DNA of 26,478 bases from Nitrospirota bacterium (GTDB taxonomy: Bacteria > Nitrospirota > CAKKRA01 > 9FT-COMBO-42-15): NCBI GenBank assembly GCA_016195585.1, contig JACPZJ010000178.1:1-26478 (forward strand), read 5' to 3'. Position numbers and translations under genes: made by a program. Every line of letters begins with the position of its first letter. Position 1 is the stretch's first letter. Shown here piece after piece: positions 15,701 to 24,119 of the stretch. Under the pieces are notes generated by a model. The model searched no databases. It saw only the letters and a program-made list of their open reading frames with translations, and was not told the origin of the DNA.

Positions 15701-15773
15701 CTGTGTATGCTGGATATACGCTGATTAAAAGTGTATAAACTGTTATGGCAAGAAATAATTTTACGCTTTTCAT
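12708..15773 (-). CDS. Large exported tetratricopeptide-repeat protein (BamD/CpoB-like repeats)
   Basis: Roughly two dozen TPR-like units of the type A.Y.IG..Y...Y..A...F...I..YP.S, plus a signal peptide. ATG 15773 follows AAGG. Confidence 0.9.
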   Translation of the reverse strand: MKSVKLFLAITVYTLLISVYPAYTEEGKVIVRLPEFIIFSEEQLQEPPVKRPEKAQPFKDMKGLKEDVQAPDSETAPDIEAKEKLKKKTPSERDTGWVYGNSVALLLVKITGEEPADEAVFKSGLYFFKNEDYKKAVDAFKKVIKKYPESELVSAAAYWIGESNYAMGRLKDAIDVYEEIISKYPNSDYWDYAQYSLGWLYVNEGDYKRAIQHFTKATQSPLMSLAYSAQFWVGDCLMRLKRYEDAIKIFQTLTYPTVSTKHLKEDIFFDGVEKLLAEKVTYRQFISRFPFPESLIINSAMYGLGVAGVGMEAHNVSFTKESIKGIKDITWGININTDRQYLEAALYRSALAYIALNKMDKAREEGRKLRGINPQTAFSDYIEMEVGIYYYKNRDKAAALKIFQDISKNTLQKEIVPVAEFMIGEILYKEGRLMEALASYEKAEKNDERPALGNAAAYKSSIILYQMKDYKRVLEKLMPVRNKRPLIKYKDDINYMIAESLTGAEKYDEALSHYQAIPNVSPLAEKVQYGRAWVYYKKGKWKEAAESFDVFLERYPKSPLREDVLFRLADSYLSMKDFKGYYNAYAQFLKEYPKSGLNTEIALQAGLSMYRVEKFEDAANIFKNIAAASPKSKEASEASFRLGWTYFRMNDYKKAISEFNSHIINYPESKFSAEALLKIGDSYYNMKEYPKALQYYNSIKSKHPNSLQLKDAEYGAILAHKQLGNSEAAMSGVEGFVKRNPKTAMSVTLQFQMAEELEAKKKMSEALLAYRKALAISEASEFADIALYRIGRILFDVKEFYNAITSFNQLLSQYPKSTYITDARYKIAEAYFLLGEYEKAIGKYKDFISLYSENPNTSEAMFKIAQSYEKSKRSDDAIRAYNEFIKKSPQHKMVPFAYLALGGHYYAKIDNRAAASAYQKAADLLDDDIAAEAQFRLAELALADGRADDAKIEFMKVYYLYPDIDKWASLAQLKTAEIYEKEKKAETAFALYQMIMDKAKNREDVKKASDAARDIGGTINR

Positions 15774-15780
15774 TTGAAAC

Positions 15781-15829
15781 CTTACTTTGAAATTTTCAAT
15801 TTTCAATTTGCAATTTTCAATTCTTACTT
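15781..15829. repeat. Heptamer microsatellite (AATTTTC)n flanked by 7-bp direct repeats
   Basis: CTTACTT-TGA-AATTTTC AATTTTC AATTTGC AATTTTC AATT-CTTACTT. Confidence 0.75.
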
Positions 15830-17089
15830 GCTACTTTTTGCCTTTAATATCCTTACCCTCTCCTCTGCAAAGGATTTTAATTCACCGTCACCAACTATCT
15901 CCAGAGCCTTTTGATATGCTGATAAGGCGTCATCCGTCATCTTCAGCCTCTCTTTATTCACCCCTATCTTAACATAGACAAGCGACAGCCATGAAGCATC
16001 CTGAATCCCGTAGCCGACTATCTTCTCAAAGGCACTTATAGCGCCCTTATAATTCTCCTTTGCTGCCTCTGATTCCCCCAGCCAATAGCTCGCCTCTGTC
16101 TTCATCTCCATAACCTCAGAGGCCTCTGCCTTTTCCAGATGGGGAATGGCCTTTGCGTATTCCTTTCTCTGATAGTATAATTTCCCCAGCTCAAGGTGCG
16201 CATCAATAGCTATTCTTTCGTTGGGATAGCCGGCAACTAATCTTTGAAATGTCTTTATGGCGTCATTATTTTTGGAGAATCTAAGATAAATATTCCCGCT
16301 CCTGTAAAGCGCCGCAGGGACCAGTTCACTCCTTGGATAAAGAGACGCAAGCTTGTTGAAAGTAAAAAGGGCAGACTTTAGATCATTGCTTCTGTATTCA
16401 CACCATGCAATCCCGTTCAATGCGTCATCTGATAATGCATGCCCTGAAGAGGATTCAAAGAATTTTTTGTAGTATCCCTTTGCCTCTCTATATCTCTCTA
16501 AATTAAATAGCGCCTCCCCTGCCCAGTAATAGGATTCGTTTTTAAATTTACTCTCAGGGAATCTCTCGGAAAACCTTATGAGTTCTTCAGCAGCCTCTTT
16601 ATGCATCCCCTGTTTTATATATGTCTCTGCAAGGGCAAATATTGCTGCATCTGCATTCTTGTCTATCTCCTTTAATGATGAAAGGCGCTGGAATATATCA
16701 ATTGCCTCTTTTTTATTATCTAATTTTAGATGAGTATCTCCAAGTTTTATAAGAACCAGTTGTGTCCTTGTGCTCTTGGGATATTTTTCAAGAAATCCTT
16801 TTAGCGCCTTTTCTGCCTGCTGGTAGTCCTTTGCCTGAAAATAGGAAACGCCAAGAAGGTGCATTGCCTCTTCTGCCTTATCGCTTTGCGGATATTCAGC
16901 AAGGAATCTGTTAAATGCCAGTATAGCAGCATCCCACAGCCTGTCTTCATAGGCGCCAATCCCGACGGTATAGAGTTTCTCTTCAGGGCTTAAGGATTTT
17001 CCATAGGCATTTGCACTTATTACTATCGCAAGAGTTAGGGAAACAATAACAGAAAGGAGACCCTTATTTGCTGCTGAAAATACCCCCAT
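15824..17089 (-). CDS. Exported TPR protein (BamD/CpoB-like repeats)
   Basis: About ten TPR-like repeats with YPxS turns; signal peptide ending ANAYG. Confidence 0.9.
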   Translation of the reverse strand: MGVFSAANKGLLSVIVSLTLAIVISANAYGKSLSPEEKLYTVGIGAYEDRLWDAAILAFNRFLAEYPQSDKAEEAMHLLGVSYFQAKDYQQAEKALKGFLEKYPKSTRTQLVLIKLGDTHLKLDNKKEAIDIFQRLSSLKEIDKNADAAIFALAETYIKQGMHKEAAEELIRFSERFPESKFKNESYYWAGEALFNLERYREAKGYYKKFFESSSGHALSDDALNGIAWCEYRSNDLKSALFTFNKLASLYPRSELVPAALYRSGNIYLRFSKNNDAIKTFQRLVAGYPNERIAIDAHLELGKLYYQRKEYAKAIPHLEKAEASEVMEMKTEASYWLGESEAAKENYKGAISAFEKIVGYGIQDASWLSLVYVKIGVNKERLKMTDDALSAYQKALEIVGDGELKSFAEERVRILKAKSSK

Positions 17090-17168
17090 TACTCAAACCC
17101 CATATACAATACATATACCCGAAACGCCCCCTCCCTGTCAAGGCAAGCTTCTATCGGTAATGCAAAAT

Positions 17169-17186
17169 TGTAACTGTCTGGTAACA
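17169..17186. promoter_or_regulatory. 18-bp palindromic motif, copy 5
   Basis: TGTAACTGTCTGGTAACA, 16/18 identical to 8424, upstream of the TPR-TPR-TonB genes. Confidence 0.55.
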
Positions 17187-17232
17187 AGTTAAAAACAATT
17201 TGAAAAATTACTCTATTACTTGTAGTTTTGTT

Positions 17233-19008
17233 TCATTGCTGAAATGGGGAAGGTAAAATAGGTGGCCTTTTGGATTTGCTTACAACCCTCTGCACTTCCA
17301 CCTGTGTTGTAAGGATTGATGGTGAAACAACAGAGACAGTCACCTCTCCTGATTCTGCCCCGCAAGTGCCATTAAAAACAGTTGCGTCATCGCCTGTGGC
17401 AATAACCTTTTCAAGGCTTACCAGCGGTGTGCCAACCAGCTCAACACCTCGCACAAGTTTTTCCTCTCCTGTTTTAACATCTATCGCATACACAAGAATA
17501 GGGGTTGCCTTAAATGCCTGAAAGTTTCCTCCCCTCTCACCGCGGGAGGCCTGAGTATTTGTCTCGCCTGCCCTTATACGCCTTATAATAAGCCCATAAG
17601 GCTTTCCCTGTTTTTTTGCCTCTTCTATAAGCATGGTCTTGAGTTTTTGCCATTGAAACTTTTTTTCGGAATCTACTATAAGATTAGCCATCCTTCCCAC
17701 TGCATGCCCAAAGGATGTTAATGTCCACGGGCCCTGGCTGCGGCCATGTCCATTAGATTGATTAAATCCATTAATGGGGGTTCTTGATAGCAGATAATTT
17801 TTAAGGATACCCCTTTCTACCAAAACAACCTTTTGAGCAGCAACACCTTCATCATCATATGCATAATATCCTGTCAGGGTTCTGCCATTAAGGCGATCCA
17901 TTGTTGGATCATCAATAATACTTAAAAACTCTGGTAAAATTCCTTCGTTAACCTTCCCTTTAAATGTTTGCCCTGACTCCGGCATCCTCTGGCGCTCGCC
18001 TTCAAGCCTGTGGCCAAGGGCCTCATGAAAGAATACCCCTGCCACATCCGGGCCAAGGATCGCAGGACCTGTATAGGGCTTGAATTCCTCTGCCTCACGG
18101 AGCTTTGTAAGTTCATCTGCAAGGGATTCTGCCTCTGCTATAAAATTCTTGGTGTCCTGAAGCTCTTTTGGGTCACGCACAAAAAAGTACCTGAAGCTGT
18201 CCACCTTAGCCCCGTCTACAGCCCTTGTCCATGCATGGATATCAACTGTATAAAAAACCTCTGATGTGCGGAGTATTGCTCCTTCAGTATTTACATAATA
18301 ATTAACTATAATATCAGCCCTCACTTCCATATACGGCTCCATTATCTCCTTTTTTGAGGCAAGGTGACTTGTAACCTTACGAACTATATCCTTCCACATC
18401 TCTTGATCAAAAGATATCTCCTTTATTGGACCCACAAAGACAATGGGGGCATGTCTTGAAAAATCATCCGGTTTTTGTTCTTTATCATTATCAACAGAGG
18501 TAGCCTGCAACACCTTCTTTTTCTGATAATCCCCTACTGCACCCTTGTATGCTGTATCGCTCATAAGCCATAGTGTTGCCCTTAATGAAGCCCCGTCACC
18601 TTCTATAGGAACCTGCGAAAGGTTCCAATCGCCTTCCCCGAGCATGTCTTCAATGCTCTCAGGGCTAAAGCGTGTGCTAAAAGGAAGGTTTGTATTGTCC
18701 AGTTTATAGTCGCCTACACGGACCTGAACGCCGGCGGTTCTATAGGGATGAAAATCGGGATGGATATGGGTAATTGCCCCATATTTCCCGGATACAGAGG
18801 CAGTTGCCCTCTCCTGTATCCAGAAACTTATAAAGTATGGCGTAGGCTGCTCAGGAAGTTTCAGACCCTCTTTTGCCCTCTTGATCTCAATCTGCATTGC
18901 CTTTAAAAGCGGATCATTTTCAGGTTTTAGCTGCTTATCTCCGCCTATACCTTCTGCAGGGATAAGAATAAAAAATATCCATAACAATATTACATAAATT
19001 ATCTTCAT
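17233..19008 (-). CDS. TldD-family metalloprotease with signal peptide
   Basis: GVFFHEALGHRLEG zinc motif, YDDEGV, SNGHGR, GRMANL and GTCGAESG; SD GAGGAG; hydrophobic N-terminus. Confidence 0.88.
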   Translation of the reverse strand: MKIIYVILLWIFFILIPAEGIGGDKQLKPENDPLLKAMQIEIKRAKEGLKLPEQPTPYFISFWIQERATASVSGKYGAITHIHPDFHPYRTAGVQVRVGDYKLDNTNLPFSTRFSPESIEDMLGEGDWNLSQVPIEGDGASLRATLWLMSDTAYKGAVGDYQKKKVLQATSVDNDKEQKPDDFSRHAPIVFVGPIKEISFDQEMWKDIVRKVTSHLASKKEIMEPYMEVRADIIVNYYVNTEGAILRTSEVFYTVDIHAWTRAVDGAKVDSFRYFFVRDPKELQDTKNFIAEAESLADELTKLREAEEFKPYTGPAILGPDVAGVFFHEALGHRLEGERQRMPESGQTFKGKVNEGILPEFLSIIDDPTMDRLNGRTLTGYYAYDDEGVAAQKVVLVERGILKNYLLSRTPINGFNQSNGHGRSQGPWTLTSFGHAVGRMANLIVDSEKKFQWQKLKTMLIEEAKKQGKPYGLIIRRIRAGETNTQASRGERGGNFQAFKATPILVYAIDVKTGEEKLVRGVELVGTPLVSLEKVIATGDDATVFNGTCGAESGEVTVSVVSPSILTTQVEVQRVVSKSKRPPILPSPFQQ

Positions 19009-19141
19009 ATTCTCTCCTCATTACTGTCTGTCAGAACTTTAAGCCAAGTTATCTGGAATACCCCAATTATATGGAGTTTTTCCATTCAAGTGGTTTTCCT
19101 GCCCAGTAATATACAGAACATATCTAATGTTAATTTTAGCA

Positions 19142-19181
19142 GAAAAAAGAAAAAAGGCAATGGAGGGGTTAAACTTCCATT
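19142..19181 (-). terminator. Possible intrinsic terminator of the moxR operon
   Basis: Minus strand AATGGAAG-TTTAACC-CCTCCATT followed by GCC and a U-rich run. Confidence 0.35.
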
Positions 19182-19221
19182 CTCTTTATCGTCCCATGCC
19201 ACCTAAAACTTAAGCCTTTGC

Positions 19222-21450
19222 CTATCTCTTCTTTTTGGGCGGGGCCTCTGCGAGTTTTAATATTGCTTCATAAGCCCTGTATGCCTCTACTGCCTCTTTC
19301 CTGCTTATGGGAACAGGACTGTACTTTGCCTGCTGGAATAAGAGGGTGATCTTGTCTATCTGATTAAAAAGGGTTTTAAATCTTGGCTTGAGGAGTTCCT
19401 TATATTCAGAAGGTGAATAATGGGCTGGCCTCGGCAGGCCATTTTTTGCAAAGACCCGCTCCATTTCCATATAGCAGCAAAATATAAATTCCTTTGGATC
19501 AGAATCCTTTATCCTCTGCATCCTCCACATTTTGATGTGCGGAGACATGATGTGGTATATCCAATAACTAATCAGAGATAATAATACCAGAAAAACAAAT
19601 ACCTTCCAGCCTTCTTCTGCAAACCAATACCACATATTTATTATTGCCTCTTTTATCGCCTCAATAAATTTATAAATGATGGCCAGCGCCTCCTTAAGAA
19701 ATGTAAGGATATTGCTTTGCTCAGGGGATATCTGAATAGCAGCCTCTATATACTTCTCAACATACTGAAAAATATCTATAAGCGCAAAGTATCTGCGATT
19801 ATCCTCTGGCAGAACAAACCCCGGCGTTGGCTCAAAGGATATCCATTCACCATCAATATATGCCTCAACCCAAGCATGGGCATCCAGCCCTCTAACCTCA
19901 AAGTAACCTGTAATCGGATTATATTGAGTGGCATTATATCCAGTAACAAGCCTTGATGGAATCCCTGATGACCTCAGCATAACAGACATGGAAGAGGCAA
20001 AAAGCTCGCAATGCCCCTCCTTCAGATTAAAAAGAAACTCCTCCACAGGATTCCCCTGCCATTCCCTGAATATGGTATCTAAGGTATATTGATAATTTAA
20101 CTTAAGATGTTGTTCAATAGCCTTTGCCTTCTGATAGTCGCCATGAATGCCTTCTGTGATTGAATAACTTAATTCCTTGATCCTCCCAGAAAGATCAAAT
20201 GGAAGCTGGCGGTATCTGTATACTTCATTCAAATACTCTTTGCCGCCGGAGGTATGGTCATCTTCTATTTCCTTCATTTCAGAGGTGATAGAATATATAG
20301 TCCCTTTCTTGAGATTCTGGGGAGCCCTGAGAGCGGAATTAACATCCCTTTCAATCACATTACCCGGAAACCATAAGGCGGCCGGCTTATATGCAGAAAA
20401 GATAATACTTGATATGTCCTTTTTAATTATATATGTCTGGGATATCCCTCTTTCCTGATAATCCTTTTTAAGGATAAACCTCCCCTTCGGAGAATAGAGC
20501 TTTTCTTTTTCAATGTCTGTCTCCACCCAATAGCGTCCGTCAAAAATGTCAAAGGCCTTCCCCCTTGTATAAATGGGCCGATCTGACTGCAGATAGAATA
20601 CGATCTCATTAGAAAGGAAAAAACTGCCCGGGGCGGCAATATCAAATCTTTTCTGGAAACCTTCATAATCTGCCTTATCATCATAGAGATAAATGCCACC
20701 TCTTTCTTCTCCCCTATCCCTTCTGGTTATCCCCGCAGGCCCCCGCTCTTTGCCCCTAACTGCGCCGCCCCTTGCCTCTTTCTCCCATTCTTCATTATTA
20801 TAAAACCAGCCCCCTCCGGATTGAAAGGCCTGAATCTTTGGTGATGGAAATCTTGGTACAATAAGATAGACAATGATAGAAAGGATAATTGTAACAACAG
20901 CTATTCCAACCCCTTTTACAGGCAGATTCATTCTTTTTACTAACATCTCTTTATCCCCGCCTTTTGCGTGAATCAGCCTTTCATCTATATGATCTGCCAT
21001 AAATGCAAACATGCCTGCAAAGACATAAAAAACAAGATAGAGTATAAAGGAGGTCTCTTTACTTATGCTTGAGGCATAAAGAATAAGTACAAGAGATACA
21101 AAGTAGGCAAAATATAGTTCCCTCCTGTTTGTAAGTGTAAAGTTTCTGCCTGCCTGCATAAATATAAGGAAGTTGAGGAATCCCTTTTCAGGGCCGGAGG
21201 AGAGAAAGCCGCCTATTAAAACAAGGAGTGATATTCCCATGAAGGCGGCGCTCGCTATTTTTATTATTATTCTTTTTTTCTTTCTATAATACCATCCGCA
21301 AATAAGCCCGATGCCATACAGGGTCGGCCAGAATATAATGTTAAAGGTAAAGAAAAATGCGGTTGCATTACTATTAGCCACTGAGAGGACGGCAACCACC
21401 AGAAGGAGATATGCGCCTATGTAAACAGCAGGATATTGTATCTGATTCAT
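19222..21450 (-). CDS. TgpA-like membrane transglutaminase-family protein (DUF3488 + transglutaminase core + DUF4129-like)
   Basis: Multiple N-terminal TM helices, GHCELFAS (Cys), AHAWVE (His), FEPTP, then a TM and a cytoplasmic tail. Confidence 0.9.
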   Translation of the reverse strand: MNQIQYPAVYIGAYLLLVVAVLSVANSNATAFFFTFNIIFWPTLYGIGLICGWYYRKKKRIIIKIASAAFMGISLLVLIGGFLSSGPEKGFLNFLIFMQAGRNFTLTNRRELYFAYFVSLVLILYASSISKETSFILYLVFYVFAGMFAFMADHIDERLIHAKGGDKEMLVKRMNLPVKGVGIAVVTIILSIIVYLIVPRFPSPKIQAFQSGGGWFYNNEEWEKEARGGAVRGKERGPAGITRRDRGEERGGIYLYDDKADYEGFQKRFDIAAPGSFFLSNEIVFYLQSDRPIYTRGKAFDIFDGRYWVETDIEKEKLYSPKGRFILKKDYQERGISQTYIIKKDISSIIFSAYKPAALWFPGNVIERDVNSALRAPQNLKKGTIYSITSEMKEIEDDHTSGGKEYLNEVYRYRQLPFDLSGRIKELSYSITEGIHGDYQKAKAIEQHLKLNYQYTLDTIFREWQGNPVEEFLFNLKEGHCELFASSMSVMLRSSGIPSRLVTGYNATQYNPITGYFEVRGLDAHAWVEAYIDGEWISFEPTPGFVLPEDNRRYFALIDIFQYVEKYIEAAIQISPEQSNILTFLKEALAIIYKFIEAIKEAIINMWYWFAEEGWKVFVFLVLLSLISYWIYHIMSPHIKMWRMQRIKDSDPKEFIFCCYMEMERVFAKNGLPRPAHYSPSEYKELLKPRFKTLFNQIDKITLLFQQAKYSPVPISRKEAVEAYRAYEAILKLAEAPPKKKR

Positions 21451-22682
21451 ATTCTAAAAATCTCCTGAAGATTATCACCCTTTGATACAAAATAGACCGG
21501 TATCCCTTCACCGATAAGTTCGTCAATAAGAGGATTTTGCCTCTCCATTGATTTCGCTTTATTATCCAAAAAGCTTTCCCTGTTCAGGAATATACATACA
21601 GGTCTCATCCTCTTTGCCTTTAACAGGCCGATGCTGTAAAGATATTTATCAGGCTCTCCACTTAGTTGAGAGAATATAAGAACCACTGCCCCGCCATCCC
21701 TTAAAAGCTCAGACGACTGATAGATGGCATCAGGATAAGCAATTCCTCCCTCTGCCTTCACCCTTGCGAGGGTCTCAAGCACTGCTGCCAGATGATTAAT
21801 CCCCCTTGAGGATGAAACAATATGCGGCCTTTCACCATAGCCTATAAGCTGAAAGCTGTGGCCCCTTTCCAAAACATATCTTGCAATTGAGGCAGCAATC
21901 TTTACTGCATATTCCAGTGTGGTCTCCTTTCCTGTCCCGATATCAGATTTTTTATGAAGGTCAATAATCAATGTCGCCTCTGTGGAGCTTCTTATCTCAA
22001 ATTCCTTTACAATCAGCTCGGAGTGCCTTGCAGTAGACAGCCAGTGGATGTGCCTCAGGCTGTCACCCTGCCTGTATTCCCTTGTCCCAAAAAACTCATC
22101 GCTCCCGCCGGCTATCATTACAGACTCCACGCCAACCATCGGAGTATTACTTGCCGCAATAAGCGGGAATCTCTCTATATCAAAAACCTGCGGATAGACC
22201 AGAAGGGTCTGAATCCCCTCTGGCAGGGGTTTTTCAATAGAGGATATGCCAAGCGGATATGAAGACCTGACAGTAAGCGGGCCGACGGTGTATTCACCGC
22301 GCTTATAACAGCTAAGCTTAAATGAGTATTTTCTGTTTTGTCTTTTAGGCAGCCTTGCAATAAATGTCATCGGGCTCCGGGAATCAGGCTCAGCAGCAGG
22401 AATGGAATCTACAACCTCAATCATATAGCGGCTCATCCAGCCCTTGTTTTGAACACAGACCTCTACATCCACCTCATCATCCTCAAAGGCTGTAGATGGA
22501 ATGCTTCGTGTTGCCAGAACATCTCTAAGGGAATATCTCGGCAGGATATGCGCAATTATAAGGGTTGCGGTCAGGAGCGCAAACATGACATAAAGGAGAT
22601 TGGCAGCCCTGTTCCATGCAATCAGAAAAAAGAGAATGACCAAAATGATGAGAACCGTCTGCTTGGTAAAAAATCTTTTCAT
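21447..22682 (-). CDS. DUF58 domain protein
   Basis: EFFGTREYRQGDSLRHIHWLSTAR..LIVKEFE and two N-terminal TMs. Confidence 0.9.
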   Translation of the reverse strand: MKRFFTKQTVLIILVILFFLIAWNRAANLLYVMFALLTATLIIAHILPRYSLRDVLATRSIPSTAFEDDEVDVEVCVQNKGWMSRYMIEVVDSIPAAEPDSRSPMTFIARLPKRQNRKYSFKLSCYKRGEYTVGPLTVRSSYPLGISSIEKPLPEGIQTLLVYPQVFDIERFPLIAASNTPMVGVESVMIAGGSDEFFGTREYRQGDSLRHIHWLSTARHSELIVKEFEIRSSTEATLIIDLHKKSDIGTGKETTLEYAVKIAASIARYVLERGHSFQLIGYGERPHIVSSSRGINHLAAVLETLARVKAEGGIAYPDAIYQSSELLRDGGAVVLIFSQLSGEPDKYLYSIGLLKAKRMRPVCIFLNRESFLDNKAKSMERQNPLIDELIGEGIPVYFVSKGDNLQEIFRI

Positions 22683-22683
22683 A

Positions 22684-23625
22684 TTATTTTTTTACAGGGG
22701 CAGGGATACTATTTAATATATCATCAAGGACAGTATCTTCATTTATGCCCCTTAATCTTGACTGGGGTTTCATTATGATACGATGGGCAAGCACGGGTTT
22801 TGTAACTAATTTAACAAAAGAGGGCTCAACATAATTTATGCCCTTTAAAAGGGCCATTGCCTGTGATGCCCTCATCAGGCAGAGCGACCCCCTCGGGCTT
22901 GCGCCGAGGAGGAGTTCGGGATGTTTACGTGTTGCATCTATGATCTTAACAATATACTGCATTATGGATTTATCAATATAAACCTGAGATACGGCATCCT
23001 GCATCGTCCCCAATGCATCCTCTGAAATAACAGGGGAGACCGAATGGATGGGGTGGTCTTTTATCTGCATCTCCATTACCCTGACCTCCTGATCATTAGA
23101 CGGGTATCCAATCTTGATTCGCATAAAAAAACGATCAAGCTGCGCCTCGGGTAAATGATATGTGCCTTGCAACTCAATTGGGTTCTGGGTAGCAATCACC
23201 ATAAACACCTTTGGCAGCAGATATGTTGTCCCATCAGCAGTAATCTGATGCTCTTCCATGGATTCAAGCAGGCTTGACTGCGTCCTTGGGGTAGTCCTGT
23301 TTATCTCATCAGCAAGAAGGATATTGGTAAATACAGGGCCTGGTCTAAATTCAAATTCGCTATTTTTCTGATTAAATATAGAGACCCCTGTGACATCAGA
23401 TGGGAGAAGGTCAGGCGTAAACTGGATCCTCTTAAAGCGAAGGGACATGGAGTTTGCCATAGACCTTGCAAGCATTGTCTTGCCGAGCCCCGGCACATCC
23501 TCTATCAGCAAATGCCCTCTACAGAGAAGGGTTATTATTGCCAGATCTATAACAGGCCTCTTGCCAACAATTACCTTCTCAATATTATTTGTAAGGATAA
23601 GCAGATTGTCCTGAAAATTGGCCAT
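22684..23625 (-). CDS. moxR: MoxR-family AAA+ ATPase
   Basis: EDVPGLGKT (Walker A), RIQFTPDLLPSD, LLADEINR (Walker B) and LPEAQLDRF. Confidence 0.95.
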   Translation of the reverse strand: MANFQDNLLILTNNIEKVIVGKRPVIDLAIITLLCRGHLLIEDVPGLGKTMLARSMANSMSLRFKRIQFTPDLLPSDVTGVSIFNQKNSEFEFRPGPVFTNILLADEINRTTPRTQSSLLESMEEHQITADGTTYLLPKVFMVIATQNPIELQGTYHLPEAQLDRFFMRIKIGYPSNDQEVRVMEMQIKDHPIHSVSPVISEDALGTMQDAVSQVYIDKSIMQYIVKIIDATRKHPELLLGASPRGSLCLMRASQAMALLKGINYVEPSFVKLVTKPVLAHRIIMKPQSRLRGINEDTVLDDILNSIPAPVKK

Positions 23626-23643
23626 AGGGTGTCCTGTAAACTA

Positions 23644-23672
23644 ATTCTAACAACCAATCACATCCTTGTCAA
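23644..23672 (-). promoter_or_regulatory. sigma70-type promoter of the moxR operon
   Basis: TTGACA-17nt-TAGAAT. Confidence 0.65.
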
Positions 23673-23701
23673 GATAACTAAGACGTCATCTATAATACTT
23701 A

Positions 23702-23730
23702 TTGACTGCTAAGATATTTTTGATTATTCT
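23702..23730 (+). promoter_or_regulatory. sigma70-type promoter of the DUF488-resB operon
   Basis: TTGACT-17nt-TATTCT. Confidence 0.55.
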
Positions 23731-23759
23731 AATGGTGCAGTTGCGACAATTGGGGGGTA

Positions 23760-24119
23760 ATGGTAATTCATATAAAAAGGGCCTATAACCCGCCGGCAAG
23801 AGAGGATGGTTTTCGGATACTGGTAGACCGCTTGTGGCCGCGCGGCATTGCTAAAGATACTGCAAAGATAGGCCTATGGCTTAAAGAGATAGCCCCAAGC
23901 AATGAACTGCGAAGGTGGTTTAACCATGACCTTAAAAAATGGGAGGGATTCAAAACGCGCTATTTTAAAGAGCTTGATAAGCTCTCCGATGCTGTGGGGC
24001 AATTAGTAAGTCTGGCAAAAGGAGGCACAATAACCCTTGTCTTTGGGGCAAGGGATGAGAATATGAATAACGCTGCTGCCCTGAAAAAATATCTTGAAAA
24101 GGGGTATTATAAGAAATAA
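23760..24119 (+). CDS. DUF488 family protein (YeaO-like)
   Basis: IKRAY..DGFRILVDRLWPRG..WLKEIAPSNELRRWFNHD. Confidence 0.92.
   Translation: MVIHIKRAYNPPAREDGFRILVDRLWPRGIAKDTAKIGLWLKEIAPSNELRRWFNHDLKKWEGFKTRYFKELDKLSDAVGQLVSLAKGGTITLVFGARDENMNNAAALKKYLEKGYYKK

Noticed and set aside
14727-16315. Identical 18-mer GCTCCTGTAAAGCGCCGC in both TPR genes (14727-14744 and 16298-16315)
   Set aside because: Both encode AALYRS at the same TPR position. This is explicable by paralogy and codon bias, and too short to claim gene conversion.
22684-23625. Methanol oxidation inferred from moxR
   Set aside because: MoxR is a general AAA+ chaperone family, and no methanol dehydrogenase or PQQ genes are present.
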